A DNA stretch of 64,000 bases. Source: Minisyncoccota bacterium (GTDB taxonomy: Bacteria; Patescibacteriota; Minisyncoccia; Phycocordibacterales; UBA9973). Position 1 is the first letter of the stretch. Each line of letters opens with the position of its first letter. The notes below the pieces were generated by a model that was not told the origin of the DNA, made no database searches, and saw only the letters and a list, made by a program, of their open reading frames with translations. Position numbers and translations under genes: made by a program. Below are positions 17,460 through 25,624 of the stretch, piece after piece. The stretch covers positions 6,126-70,125 of the forward strand of contig JBAYKD010000002.1 in assembly GCA_041664745.1 (NCBI GenBank), given 5' to 3'.

Positions 17460-18467
17460 ATGGAAGAAATAAACAACTTTAACACAACAAAATATTTCGA
17501 CCCCAATAAAGATAAAATTAATGATGATTTTGAAAATAAAGTACATCAGTTTTTGAAAGAAAACGAGTTAGACTTAGATATCCCCGAAAGAAAAGAAAAC
17601 GTTCAAATTTTAGCAGAATCTGAAAATAAAGAGATTGTTAGTGATTTTGTGATCGCTAATGATTTTAAAATAGCAAATAACATAATTTTATCTTATAAAG
17701 AAGGTGGAAATAAATTACTGGTAGTAAAAAAAACACCGGAAGAAAAAATTAGAGAATTTTCTCAATTAAACCATTGGGGAGATTTAACAGTTGAAGAATA
17801 TTTAAAAGAAAAGAAATTTAGTAGTCCAGATATTATTCTACCTATTGAAACAATAAAAAGGGACGGTACTGTATATCGATTTTATGAAGCATTAGATATG
17901 GACCTTGATCAATATATAGAAAAATACGGAAAGTTACCCCTTGAAACGGCCTTATCAATATGCATCAGAACATGTAATTCTCTTAATAAATTACATGAAA
18001 TAAAAGTAGTTCATGCTGATTTTCTATTAGCAAATATTGTTTTTAAAGATAATATTCCTAAATTGATTGATTTTGATAATTCAGTTAAAAACCCTTCTCT
18101 TGATGGAAAATATAGGAGAGATTATATTGGGGGGAATAGGTTCTCTATGGCCCCCGAACTCTTAGAGGAAAGGCCTGTTTTTGACAAAACAGTTGATATA
18201 TATGCAGCGTCAGCTATTTTGTATAAATTAATTGAGGGTCATTGGCCGTATAATATAGAAGAACAAACAAGAGGCATGCCTTTTGAAGAAAAAATTGCTG
18301 AATACAAAAAAATACACCAATCAGGACAAATAAATTTTTCTGATTTAACTCCAAATAATATCAGAATTATTATTAAAAAAGGAATGGAATCAGACCCAAA
18401 AGAAAGATATCAGGATATAAAAGAATTTATATTAGACCTATTAAATTTTTATAATTCAGAAAAATAA
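17460..18467 (+). CDS. protein-kinase-like fold protein (atypical catalytic loop)
   Basis: Beta3-Lys candidate LLVVKK, catalytic loop VVHADFLLANIVF (HxDxxxxN retained), DFD in place of DFG, SMAPE, DIYAASAILYKLIEGHWPY, and a terminal PKERY. Confidence 0.65.
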   Translation: MEEINNFNTTKYFDPNKDKINDDFENKVHQFLKENELDLDIPERKENVQILAESENKEIVSDFVIANDFKIANNIILSYKEGGNKLLVVKKTPEEKIREFSQLNHWGDLTVEEYLKEKKFSSPDIILPIETIKRDGTVYRFYEALDMDLDQYIEKYGKLPLETALSICIRTCNSLNKLHEIKVVHADFLLANIVFKDNIPKLIDFDNSVKNPSLDGKYRRDYIGGNRFSMAPELLEERPVFDKTVDIYAASAILYKLIEGHWPYNIEEQTRGMPFEEKIAEYKKIHQSGQINFSDLTPNNIRIIIKKGMESDPKERYQDIKEFILDLLNFYNSEK

Positions 18468-18476
18468 AAAAACAAT

Positions 18477-18510
18477 AAAAAATACCCCTTATACAAAGGG
18501 GTATTTTTTA
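18477..18510 (+). terminator. rho-independent terminator after the kinase-like gene
   Basis: AATACCCCTT-ATACA-AAGGGGTATT followed by TTTTA. Confidence 0.65.
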
Positions 18511-18560
18511 TTTGGAATAGTGGTATAATGTAATTATATTAATAATATTGTTATATTTTT

Positions 18561-19397
18561 ATGGATAATAAAGGAATAGATAATAAGACAGAAGTAACAG
18601 CAGAAGCTGTGGTGGAAAATCAAAATAATATGGGTCCGGAGAAGGGTATTAGCAAAGGGGAAGAAAGATATAATCAAATCGCAGGGTCTATAAGTAATGC
18701 TAAGAGTAGAGTTTCTGGATGGCTTAGTAGTGGGGCCGCAAAGTTTGGAAGACTTTTCAAAACTGGAGCTGTGGGAGTGCTTAATAGTCCTGAGGCAGTG
18801 GTTTCTGGTGTGAAAGCAACTGGAGAAGCAATAGGACAAGAAGCAGGATATATTAAAGATGCAGCCAAAGAAGGATATAATTTTGTTGGTGGAAAAGTGT
18901 CAGAAGGAATTAAGTCTGTCGGAGAAGATTTTACACAACTTGATAAATATACTAGCGAGAAAGCAGAACAATTAGGTGTATGGGTAGGTAAAGGAGCTGC
19001 CTCTGTTTATGAAACTACGTCTGAAGGTTTTCAAAAAGCTAAAAATTTTACAGCAGAGAAAACAGTTCAAGCTGGGAATTATATAAAAGATAAAGCTTTA
19101 ACTGTAGAAGCAGTCGGTAGTCTAATGAAAGAAAAAACAGTAGAAAAATTAAATGTTGCCAAAGAAGGAATTAGAAATAATTATGGTAAAGCAGTAGAGT
19201 ATGGCAAGGATGCTATTGATACTGCAACTTTGAGAGCTTGGTATGCCAAGGATGCTTTTAATGCAAAAATGAATGCTATAAAGAAAGCTATTCTAGAAAG
19301 AAAAGCAGAAGTTCAAGCAGATAAACTACAAAAGACATTAGCAAAGCTTGCTCAATATAATCAGGTCGGACAAATGAATAATCTAATTGCAGCATAA
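18561..19397 (+). CDS. amphipathic-helix repeat protein (LEA/apolipoprotein-like composition), hypothetical
   Basis: 278 aa, rich in K/E/A/G with recurring G-x-x-A-x-E/K-G-hydrophobic patterns (KATGEAIGQEAGYIKDAAKEGY, GKVSEGIKSVGEDF, AEKTVQAGNYIKDKALTVEAVG). No TM helix or signal peptide. Confidence 0.5.
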   Translation: MDNKGIDNKTEVTAEAVVENQNNMGPEKGISKGEERYNQIAGSISNAKSRVSGWLSSGAAKFGRLFKTGAVGVLNSPEAVVSGVKATGEAIGQEAGYIKDAAKEGYNFVGGKVSEGIKSVGEDFTQLDKYTSEKAEQLGVWVGKGAASVYETTSEGFQKAKNFTAEKTVQAGNYIKDKALTVEAVGSLMKEKTVEKLNVAKEGIRNNYGKAVEYGKDAIDTATLRAWYAKDAFNAKMNAIKKAILERKAEVQADKLQKTLAKLAQYNQVGQMNNLIAA

Positions 19398-19403
19398 TTA
19401 ATT

Positions 19404-19769
19404 ATGAACATACAAGAATTAAAAGATTTTTTTATAAAGAGTGATTTTTCTGATAGTACAAAGTCTGTCATAGCTTCTATTCTAGCCGACAAGACAGAAG
19501 TGACCCCAGGATTAGTTGCTCAAGTTAAAGATGTTTTACAAAAAGAATTAGACGCTGATTTTAAAGAAATGGGAGTTGATGCGACGAATGATGTAGAGGC
19601 TCAAAAGTTAGAGGGGGAATATATGGATGAATTAAATACAATTGAGAAGGATTTGAATGGTGATATGGAATTTGTCGAAAAAGAATTGGGAGAACTTGAA
19701 GAAACTAGAAAACAAGTATTGAAGATCTCTGATGAAATGGAAGCAGATGTAATAAAACAATCGATCTAA
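19404..19769 (+). CDS. small acidic coiled-coil hypothetical protein
   Basis: 121 aa with a very acidic C-terminal half (EGEYMDELNTIEKDLNGDMEFVEKELGELEE). It begins 6 nt after the preceding gene. Confidence 0.45.
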   Translation: MNIQELKDFFIKSDFSDSTKSVIASILADKTEVTPGLVAQVKDVLQKELDADFKEMGVDATNDVEAQKLEGEYMDELNTIEKDLNGDMEFVEKELGELEETRKQVLKISDEMEADVIKQSI

Positions 19770-19770
19770 T

Positions 19771-19815
19771 AAAAACAAAAAATATCCCTTAAAATAAGGG
19801 GTATTTTTTGTTTTT
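19771..19815. terminator. bidirectional terminator between 19404..19769 and recG
   Basis: AAAAACAAAAAATATCCCTT-AAAAT-AAGGGGTATTTTTTGTTTTT. Confidence 0.7.
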
Positions 19816-19818
19816 ATT

Positions 19819-22185
19819 TTATTCAAAATGCAATTTGAGATTTTTTGATTTAATTATTTCTGAGATGACGGGAAAGGATTTTAGATCTGTGTCAACCTCA
19901 ATCATTTTGATAGCTTCTGTTCGGGCAGCTTCTACCATTTTTATATTCTTTATAGCTTCCATGCCGAGGTCGGTAATGCCCCATTGCTTCTCTCCTCCCA
20001 AGAGTCCTGCTCCACGGAGCGATAGATCGAGCTCAGCAAGCTCAAATCCGTTTGATGCTTTTGTAATAGCCTTCAGTCTCTCGATTGTTTTGTCTGATTT
20101 AGCATCAGCAAATAAGTAGCAGTAGGATTGAAAAGTTGAACGAATAACTCGTCCGCGAAGCTGGTGGAGCTGGGCGAGACCGAAACGTTCTGCTCCTTCT
20201 ATTATGATTACAGTTGCGTTGGGGACGTTCACTCCGACTTCTATAACAGAAGTTGAGACCAATATATCAATTTTTTTATCGGCAAAATCTTTCATAACCT
20301 TCTCTTTTTTCTCCTTCGTCATCTTGCTGTGCATTATCTCAATATTATAATTTGGAAAGATGTCTTTCTTTAGTCTTTTGGCTTCATCATTAACAGTTCG
20401 AAGCTCGGAGATATTACTTCCGTCAGCACGCAATAAATCTCTGGTGAGATTTTTGCTAGTGCTCGGCTCGACTTCCTTACAGGAACAGTACACCTTTTGG
20501 ACACTTTGATTACAAAGTTTCTCAAAAGGTCTTGCGGAAGCTTCAGGTATTCGCTTCCTCACCTGCGTGAGGCTTCCTGAAGCAATATCTCCGAGCTTCT
20601 CACTTTCCTCACCGATTTTTGGACAAATTACATAAAGCTGTCGTCCTTCTTCTAATTCTTTCTTAATTTTTTCATAAGCTTCTGCTCTTTTATTTTCTTT
20701 TACTATTTCTGTGATGACTTGCTTGCGGCCAAGTGGCATCTCATCAATGATACTCAAATCCAAGTCGCCATAAATAGTGAGCGCAAGTGTGCGGGGGATA
20801 GGTGTCGCTGTCATTGATAAATAATGTGGGGCATGGCCATGCTTCTTTACCAACTTCATTCTTTGGTTTGTTCCAAATCTGTGTTGTTCATCTATTATTA
20901 CAAGCCCTAGATCTTTAAACTCTACGGTTTTAGATATGAGAGCATGTGTGCCGATCACTATCGGTATCTCACCATTTTTAATCCATTTCAAAAGCTGATT
21001 CTTGGCAATTGGCGTCCATGTTTTTATTTGTGAGCCTTTCTCCCATGGTGCACTTTTACTAGGGAATTTACGGCAACCAGAGCCTGTCATAAGAGCAATA
21101 GATATGCCAGTATGTTCGAAATATTTGATAAAGTTCTCATAAAGCTGGGTAGCGAGAACTTCTGTCGGAGCCATATAAGCGACTTGCAGATTACCAAAAT
21201 CTCCATACCGAGAAGTTCCTGTAGTATTCTTTATTACTGCGTATGCGATAGTTGCTGCTACGAAAGTTTTTCCACTCCCGACGTCACCTTCAAGTAGGCG
21301 TGACATTGGTTTGTCTTTCACGAAATCGGTCAAAATAGTATCGATTGTATTTGTCTGTGCCTTCGTGGGAGTGAAAGGGAAGCGAGATATAAAGTCATTA
21401 ATATCTTTCTCAGGTATTTTTAATTTATATGAAAAGTTTTCTTGATACTTCTTCTTCTCTTGCTGGCGTGAAAGCTGAATGAAAAAAACTTCTTCGAAAG
21501 CAAATCTTTTGCGAGCTATTTCTGCGTGTTCTCTCTTTTGTGGCATGTGGACCCATATCAAAGCTGTATGTAATGCTGGTAAATTATATTTATTTAATAT
21601 TTCGCTCGGTATATAGTCCACAATATCTTTCACGCAATCCTGCTTTAGTATCTTCTGTATAGCGTGATAGAACCATTTGGAAGTGATACCTCGACTTTCT
21701 CCATATACAGGGAAGCCGAATTGAGTTTGCTTTTCTTTATTATTGAAAAGTGAATCGTCGATATCTATAGGGAGAATATCTTCTTTGTTTATTTCTGGAT
21801 TGGTCAACGTAAGTCCATAAGTTTTATTATTCGTGACTTTGCCCGTTACTCGCACAGTTGAATCCTCCTTAAGCATTTTTGCTAAGTAGGGTTGATGAAA
21901 CCAAATAATATTTATAGAGGAGGTTAAGTCTGTGAGTACCGCTTGCCCCATTGGTATTTTACTTTTGAACCCTTTTTTAGTTTTTAGTCCATTTATTTTC
22001 CCAAGTATTGTTACATTTTCTCCATCCTTTAATGTATTTATATTTCGGACTTCACTTATATCACTGTAGCGAGAGGGGAAGTGATAAAGTAAATCCTTTA
22101 AAGTTTTTAAACCAAGTGTCGCTAGTGCTTTCTTTTGATTTACATCAACACGAAAATGATTTTCGATTTTATCGCCTAGATTCAT
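19819..22185 (-). CDS. recG: ATP-dependent DNA helicase RecG (carries a 66-aa in-frame insertion)
   Basis: Wedge/OB N-terminal domain, Walker A GDVGSGKT, DEQH box, QxxGRxxR-type motif HQLRGRVIRS, and C-terminal TRG region. See the insertion feature at 20400..20599. Confidence 0.9.
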   Translation of the reverse strand: MNLGDKIENHFRVDVNQKKALATLGLKTLKDLLYHFPSRYSDISEVRNINTLKDGENVTILGKINGLKTKKGFKSKIPMGQAVLTDLTSSINIIWFHQPYLAKMLKEDSTVRVTGKVTNNKTYGLTLTNPEINKEDILPIDIDDSLFNNKEKQTQFGFPVYGESRGITSKWFYHAIQKILKQDCVKDIVDYIPSEILNKYNLPALHTALIWVHMPQKREHAEIARKRFAFEEVFFIQLSRQQEKKKYQENFSYKLKIPEKDINDFISRFPFTPTKAQTNTIDTILTDFVKDKPMSRLLEGDVGSGKTFVAATIAYAVIKNTTGTSRYGDFGNLQVAYMAPTEVLATQLYENFIKYFEHTGISIALMTGSGCRKFPSKSAPWEKGSQIKTWTPIAKNQLLKWIKNGEIPIVIGTHALISKTVEFKDLGLVIIDEQHRFGTNQRMKLVKKHGHAPHYLSMTATPIPRTLALTIYGDLDLSIIDEMPLGRKQVITEIVKENKRAEAYEKIKKELEEGRQLYVICPKIGEESEKLGDIASGSLTQVRKRIPEASARPFEKLCNQSVQKVYCSCKEVEPSTSKNLTRDLLRADGSNISELRTVNDEAKRLKKDIFPNYNIEIMHSKMTKEKKEKVMKDFADKKIDILVSTSVIEVGVNVPNATVIIIEGAERFGLAQLHQLRGRVIRSTFQSYCYLFADAKSDKTIERLKAITKASNGFELAELDLSLRGAGLLGGEKQWGITDLGMEAIKNIKMVEAARTEAIKMIEVDTDLKSFPVISEIIKSKNLKLHFE
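20400..20599. mobile_element. palindromic GC-rich element inserted in-frame in recG (198-bp core)
   Basis: Perfect 16-bp terminal inverted repeat GAAGCTCGGAGATATT / AATATCTCCGAGCTTC. 20401..20598 is 198 bp, or 66 codons. It has internal nested hairpins and shares the core ATTTTTGCTnGTnCTCGGCTCG with the intergenic element family. Confidence 0.75.
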
Positions 22186-22245
22186 AATATACGGATTATA
22201 ACATAAGTTGTTTACTTTGAGCTGGTTTCTGATATTATAATTAAC

Positions 22246-22923
22246 ATGAATACACTATCAAATCTAGATCTCAAAAAACTGCTTATTGTATTGTCTATTT
22301 ATCTTACCTCTTTGTTTGCAGCAAATACTTTGGGCCTTAAAATAATGCCTTTTTTGTTCGGTACTCATATTTCAGTAGGAATTATTGCTTTTCCTTTGGT
22401 TTTCATTACTACTGATATTATAGGGGAGGTTTATGGTAAGAAGATTGCTAAAATGTTCGTTTTAGCTGGTATTATTAGTACAGCCCTTTTTACTTTATAT
22501 TCTATTATATGTCTTCTATTCCCTTGGGCAGAGGCAGGTCTCTGGGCAAAGGAAGGGTACAACATGATGTTTGGGATCTCTGCTCGAATCTCTATTGCCT
22601 CCCTCGTTGCTTTCGCTATTGGAGAATATCAGGACGTGATTGCTTTTTTCTTTTTCAAAAATAAAATTGGTAAAAAGAAATTTTGGCTTCGTTCGAATCT
22701 TTCCAATCTTTGGTCTCAGCTTCTCGACACAGTTATATTTATGATGATTGCATTTTATGGAGTTTACGATAATCATACTCTTCTCATCATTATGCTTACT
22801 TGGTGGCTATATAAAGTAGTAATGGGATTCTTTTATACCCCATTATCATATTTAGGAATACGCTTATTAAAAGGTAAAAGTGGTGCACAAAATACCAATG
22901 AAAGTAATACCAATCAAAACTAA
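22246..22923 (+). CDS. queuosine-precursor transporter family protein (YhhQ/VUT, DUF165)
   Basis: Polytopic protein with characteristic FPLVFITTDIIGEVYGKK and SQLLDTVIF motifs. Confidence 0.75.
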   Translation: MNTLSNLDLKKLLIVLSIYLTSLFAANTLGLKIMPFLFGTHISVGIIAFPLVFITTDIIGEVYGKKIAKMFVLAGIISTALFTLYSIICLLFPWAEAGLWAKEGYNMMFGISARISIASLVAFAIGEYQDVIAFFFFKNKIGKKKFWLRSNLSNLWSQLLDTVIFMMIAFYGVYDNHTLLIIMLTWWLYKVVMGFFYTPLSYLGIRLLKGKSGAQNTNESNTNQN

Positions 22924-23611
22924 AATATTTAGAGAGAATGAAGATTTGATAAAATTTATTGTTTCTCATATCAAAAAACTAGAAGAGAATTCTATTTTGG
23001 TTGTGACTTCAAAGATTGTGGCACTTTCCGAGGGGAGAGTTGTAATAGCAAAAGATGAAAAGACTCGTGAAGAAATAATAAAGAAAGAAAGTCAATTTAT
23101 GATGAGAACGAAATACACTTGGCTTACTATCAAGGATGGTATGGTGATGGCTTCAGCTGGTGTTGATGAATCGAATGCCGATGGCAAGATTGTTCTTCTT
23201 CCAAAAGATAGTTTTAAGGCTGCAATAGAAATTCGCAATAAACTTTTGAAATATTATAAAGTGAAGAATCTTGGAATCCTTATAACTGATAGTAGACTTA
23301 TGCCATTGCGAGCAGGAGTGGTGGGTGTTGCTCTTGGTTATTCTGGGTTTAAAGGAGTTAAGAATTATATAGGGCATAAAGATTTGTTTGGAAGGAAATT
23401 AAAATTCTCTAGGACTGATGTGGCTGATAGCTTAGCTACTGCTTCAGTCTACTTGATGGGAGAAGGAAATGAGTGCCAGCCACTTGCAGTTATAACCGAC
23501 TGCAAAGTAGAATTTAAAAATAAGATAGATAAAAATGAACTTAAAATAGATATTAAAGAAGATATCTACCAGCCTCTTTTTGAGAAGATTAGACAGATTA
23601 AATTAGGTTAA
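22898..23611 (+). CDS. CofE-like (F420-0:gamma-glutamyl ligase family) protein
   Basis: Start at ATG 22898 (MKVIPIKTKIF...). Motifs VVTSKIVALSEGRVV and SAGVDESNADGKIVLLP. It overlaps the preceding gene by 26 nt. Confidence 0.65.
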   Translation: MKVIPIKTKIFRENEDLIKFIVSHIKKLEENSILVVTSKIVALSEGRVVIAKDEKTREEIIKKESQFMMRTKYTWLTIKDGMVMASAGVDESNADGKIVLLPKDSFKAAIEIRNKLLKYYKVKNLGILITDSRLMPLRAGVVGVALGYSGFKGVKNYIGHKDLFGRKLKFSRTDVADSLATASVYLMGEGNECQPLAVITDCKVEFKNKIDKNELKIDIKEDIYQPLFEKIRQIKLG

Positions 23612-23619
23612 ATATTAAT

Positions 23620-24582
23620 ATGTTTTATCCAATACAATTATTAGCTGATTTTTTGACTTATAAAATTTTGGGAATTTTTCCTGATACTTTACTTGCAGAT
23701 GCTGTAAATTTTTTCATTTTTGATGTCATTAAAATATTTATTCTTCTCGCCGTTATTATTTTCGTTGTTTCAATAATCAGATCATATTTACCACCAGAGA
23801 AAATACGAATAATATTATCACGTAAAAATAAATATGTAGGTAACATCTTAGCCTCACTACTTGGTATCATAACTCCATTTTGTTCGTGTTCAGCCATTCC
23901 ACTATTTCTTGGATTTGTTCAGGCGGGTGTACCACTCGGAGCTACATTTTCTTTTTTAATTGCTTCACCAATGATTAATGAAGTTGCCCTAATTTTACTC
24001 CTTGGTTTATTTGGTTGGAAAATAGCTCTTATTTATATAGTAAGTGGACTTATTATTTCTATTTTTTCGGGAATAATTATTGGTAAATTAAAAGTAGAAA
24101 ATTTGGTTGAATCTTTTGTTTATGAAAATTCTTTGAATAGAAATAATCTTGATTTACCTAGTATGTCTAGAAAAGAAAGAATTAATTATGCTTTTGATTA
24201 TACATTAAATATTATTGAAAAAGTTTGGCCTTACATATTAATCGGTATAGGCTTAGGTGCTTGGATACATGGATATCTACCTGCTGACTTCTTGGCTCAA
24301 TACGCCGGAAGTGGCAAATGGTATGCTGTGCCCCTAGCTGTTCTTATTGGAATACCTCTCTACTCAAATGCTGCTGGAGTTATACCGCTTGTATCTGCAT
24401 TAACAGAGAAAGGTGTGTCTATGGGCACTACACTAGCATTTATGATGTCTGTTACAGCTTTATCACTTCCTGAATTTATGATTCTAAAGAAGGTTATGAA
24501 AATAAGACTCATATTTATTTTCGCAGGAATTGTAGGAGCAGGAATAATTTTTACAGGATATTTATTTAATTTTATTTTGTAA
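23620..24582 (+). CDS. COG0701-type permease (two-repeat membrane protein with CSC motif)
   Basis: About 8-10 TM helices. It has ITPFCSCSAIPLF, typical of the ArsP/YraQ-like permease family usually paired with ArsR and a thioredoxin-fold protein. Confidence 0.65.
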   Translation: MFYPIQLLADFLTYKILGIFPDTLLADAVNFFIFDVIKIFILLAVIIFVVSIIRSYLPPEKIRIILSRKNKYVGNILASLLGIITPFCSCSAIPLFLGFVQAGVPLGATFSFLIASPMINEVALILLLGLFGWKIALIYIVSGLIISIFSGIIIGKLKVENLVESFVYENSLNRNNLDLPSMSRKERINYAFDYTLNIIEKVWPYILIGIGLGAWIHGYLPADFLAQYAGSGKWYAVPLAVLIGIPLYSNAAGVIPLVSALTEKGVSMGTTLAFMMSVTALSLPEFMILKKVMKIRLIFIFAGIVGAGIIFTGYLFNFIL

Positions 24583-24625
24583 TATATTACTTGACTTATA
24601 TTTTACCATAGTATATCATTCAAAT

Positions 24626-24898
24626 ATGCGTTTGAATGAATTAGCAAAATTAATGAGAACAGCAGGGGATGAAAGCAGACTTAAAATTCTATGCACTATT
24701 TTTAGTAAAAGAAAAGTATGTGTATCTGATATAGCAAAGGAACTTGGTATGAGTGTTGCTATTGTTTCGCACCATCTCCAAGCCTTGTCTCATGAGGGTT
24801 TACTTTTATCAGTAAGAGAAGGGAAGAGGATTTGCTATGAACTACCCCAAGATCCTTTTGTTAAGGATTTAAAGAAGTTTATATGTAAATATAAGTAA
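24626..24898 (+). CDS. ArsR/SmtB-family metalloregulator
   Basis: 90 aa winged-HTH protein (ESRLKILCTIFSKRKVCVSDIAKELGMSVAIVSHHLQAL). Confidence 0.85.
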   Translation: MRLNELAKLMRTAGDESRLKILCTIFSKRKVCVSDIAKELGMSVAIVSHHLQALSHEGLLLSVREGKRICYELPQDPFVKDLKKFICKYK

Positions 24899-24928
24899 TT
24901 ATAAATTAATAATAAAAAAATAAATTAT

Positions 24929-25165
24929 ATGAAAAATCATAATGTTATCGTTTATTCAACACCAACTTGTCCGTATTGCGTTTATGCAAAAGCTTATTTT
25001 AAAAGTAAGGGTGTTGTTTTCAAAGATGTAGATGTTTCAAGGGATAGAGCAGCAGGGGAAGAAATGGTTCGTAAAAGTGGTCAGATGGGTGTGCCAGTTA
25101 TAGATATTGATGGAAATATTTTAGTCGGTTTCCAGCCAAATGAATTTGATAAGTTATTAAAATAA
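24929..25165 (+). CDS. glutaredoxin / NrdH-like redoxin
   Basis: CPYC active site within VYSTPTCPYCVYAK, and GVPVIDIDG (cis-Pro loop). Confidence 0.85.
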   Translation: MKNHNVIVYSTPTCPYCVYAKAYFKSKGVVFKDVDVSRDRAAGEEMVRKSGQMGVPVIDIDGNILVGFQPNEFDKLLK

Positions 25166-25166
25166 T

Positions 25167-25550
25167 ATGAAAAAAACTATAATCATAACTTTAGGAATTG
25201 TTGCACTGGTTGGTGCATTGATAGCTTTTAGTCCTACAAGTGCAGGCGGTCTTTTGAGTTCCTCAGATTTTATATCTAAGTATAAATCTACTCCGAATGC
25301 TGTTTTAGTTGACGTTCGTACGCCAGCTGAATTTGATGCGAGCCACATACAAGGAGCAATAAATGTGGATTACGAGAATGCCAATTTTGGAAGTGAAGTT
25401 AAAAAGTTGGATGCTTCAAAGACGTATTTTGTTTATTGCCGATCAGGTAATAGATCATCTAAATCAATAGTTATTATGAAAGATAATAGAATCAAAAATA
25501 TCTATGATTTACAAGGTGGCATAAGTAATGCTCCCGAATTGTTAAAATAA
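25167..25550 (+). CDS. membrane-anchored single-domain rhodanese (sulfurtransferase)
   Basis: N-terminal TM/signal segment. Motifs DVRTPAEFDASHIQGAINV and the active-site loop CRSGNRS. Confidence 0.85.
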   Translation: MKKTIIITLGIVALVGALIAFSPTSAGGLLSSSDFISKYKSTPNAVLVDVRTPAEFDASHIQGAINVDYENANFGSEVKKLDASKTYFVYCRSGNRSSKSIVIMKDNRIKNIYDLQGGISNAPELLK

Positions 25551-25624
25551 ATGAAAGAAAAAACTGGTTTGGATTGTATCACTAATATAAAGGTCGTATT
25601 AGTAGATATAAAACAATTAAAACA

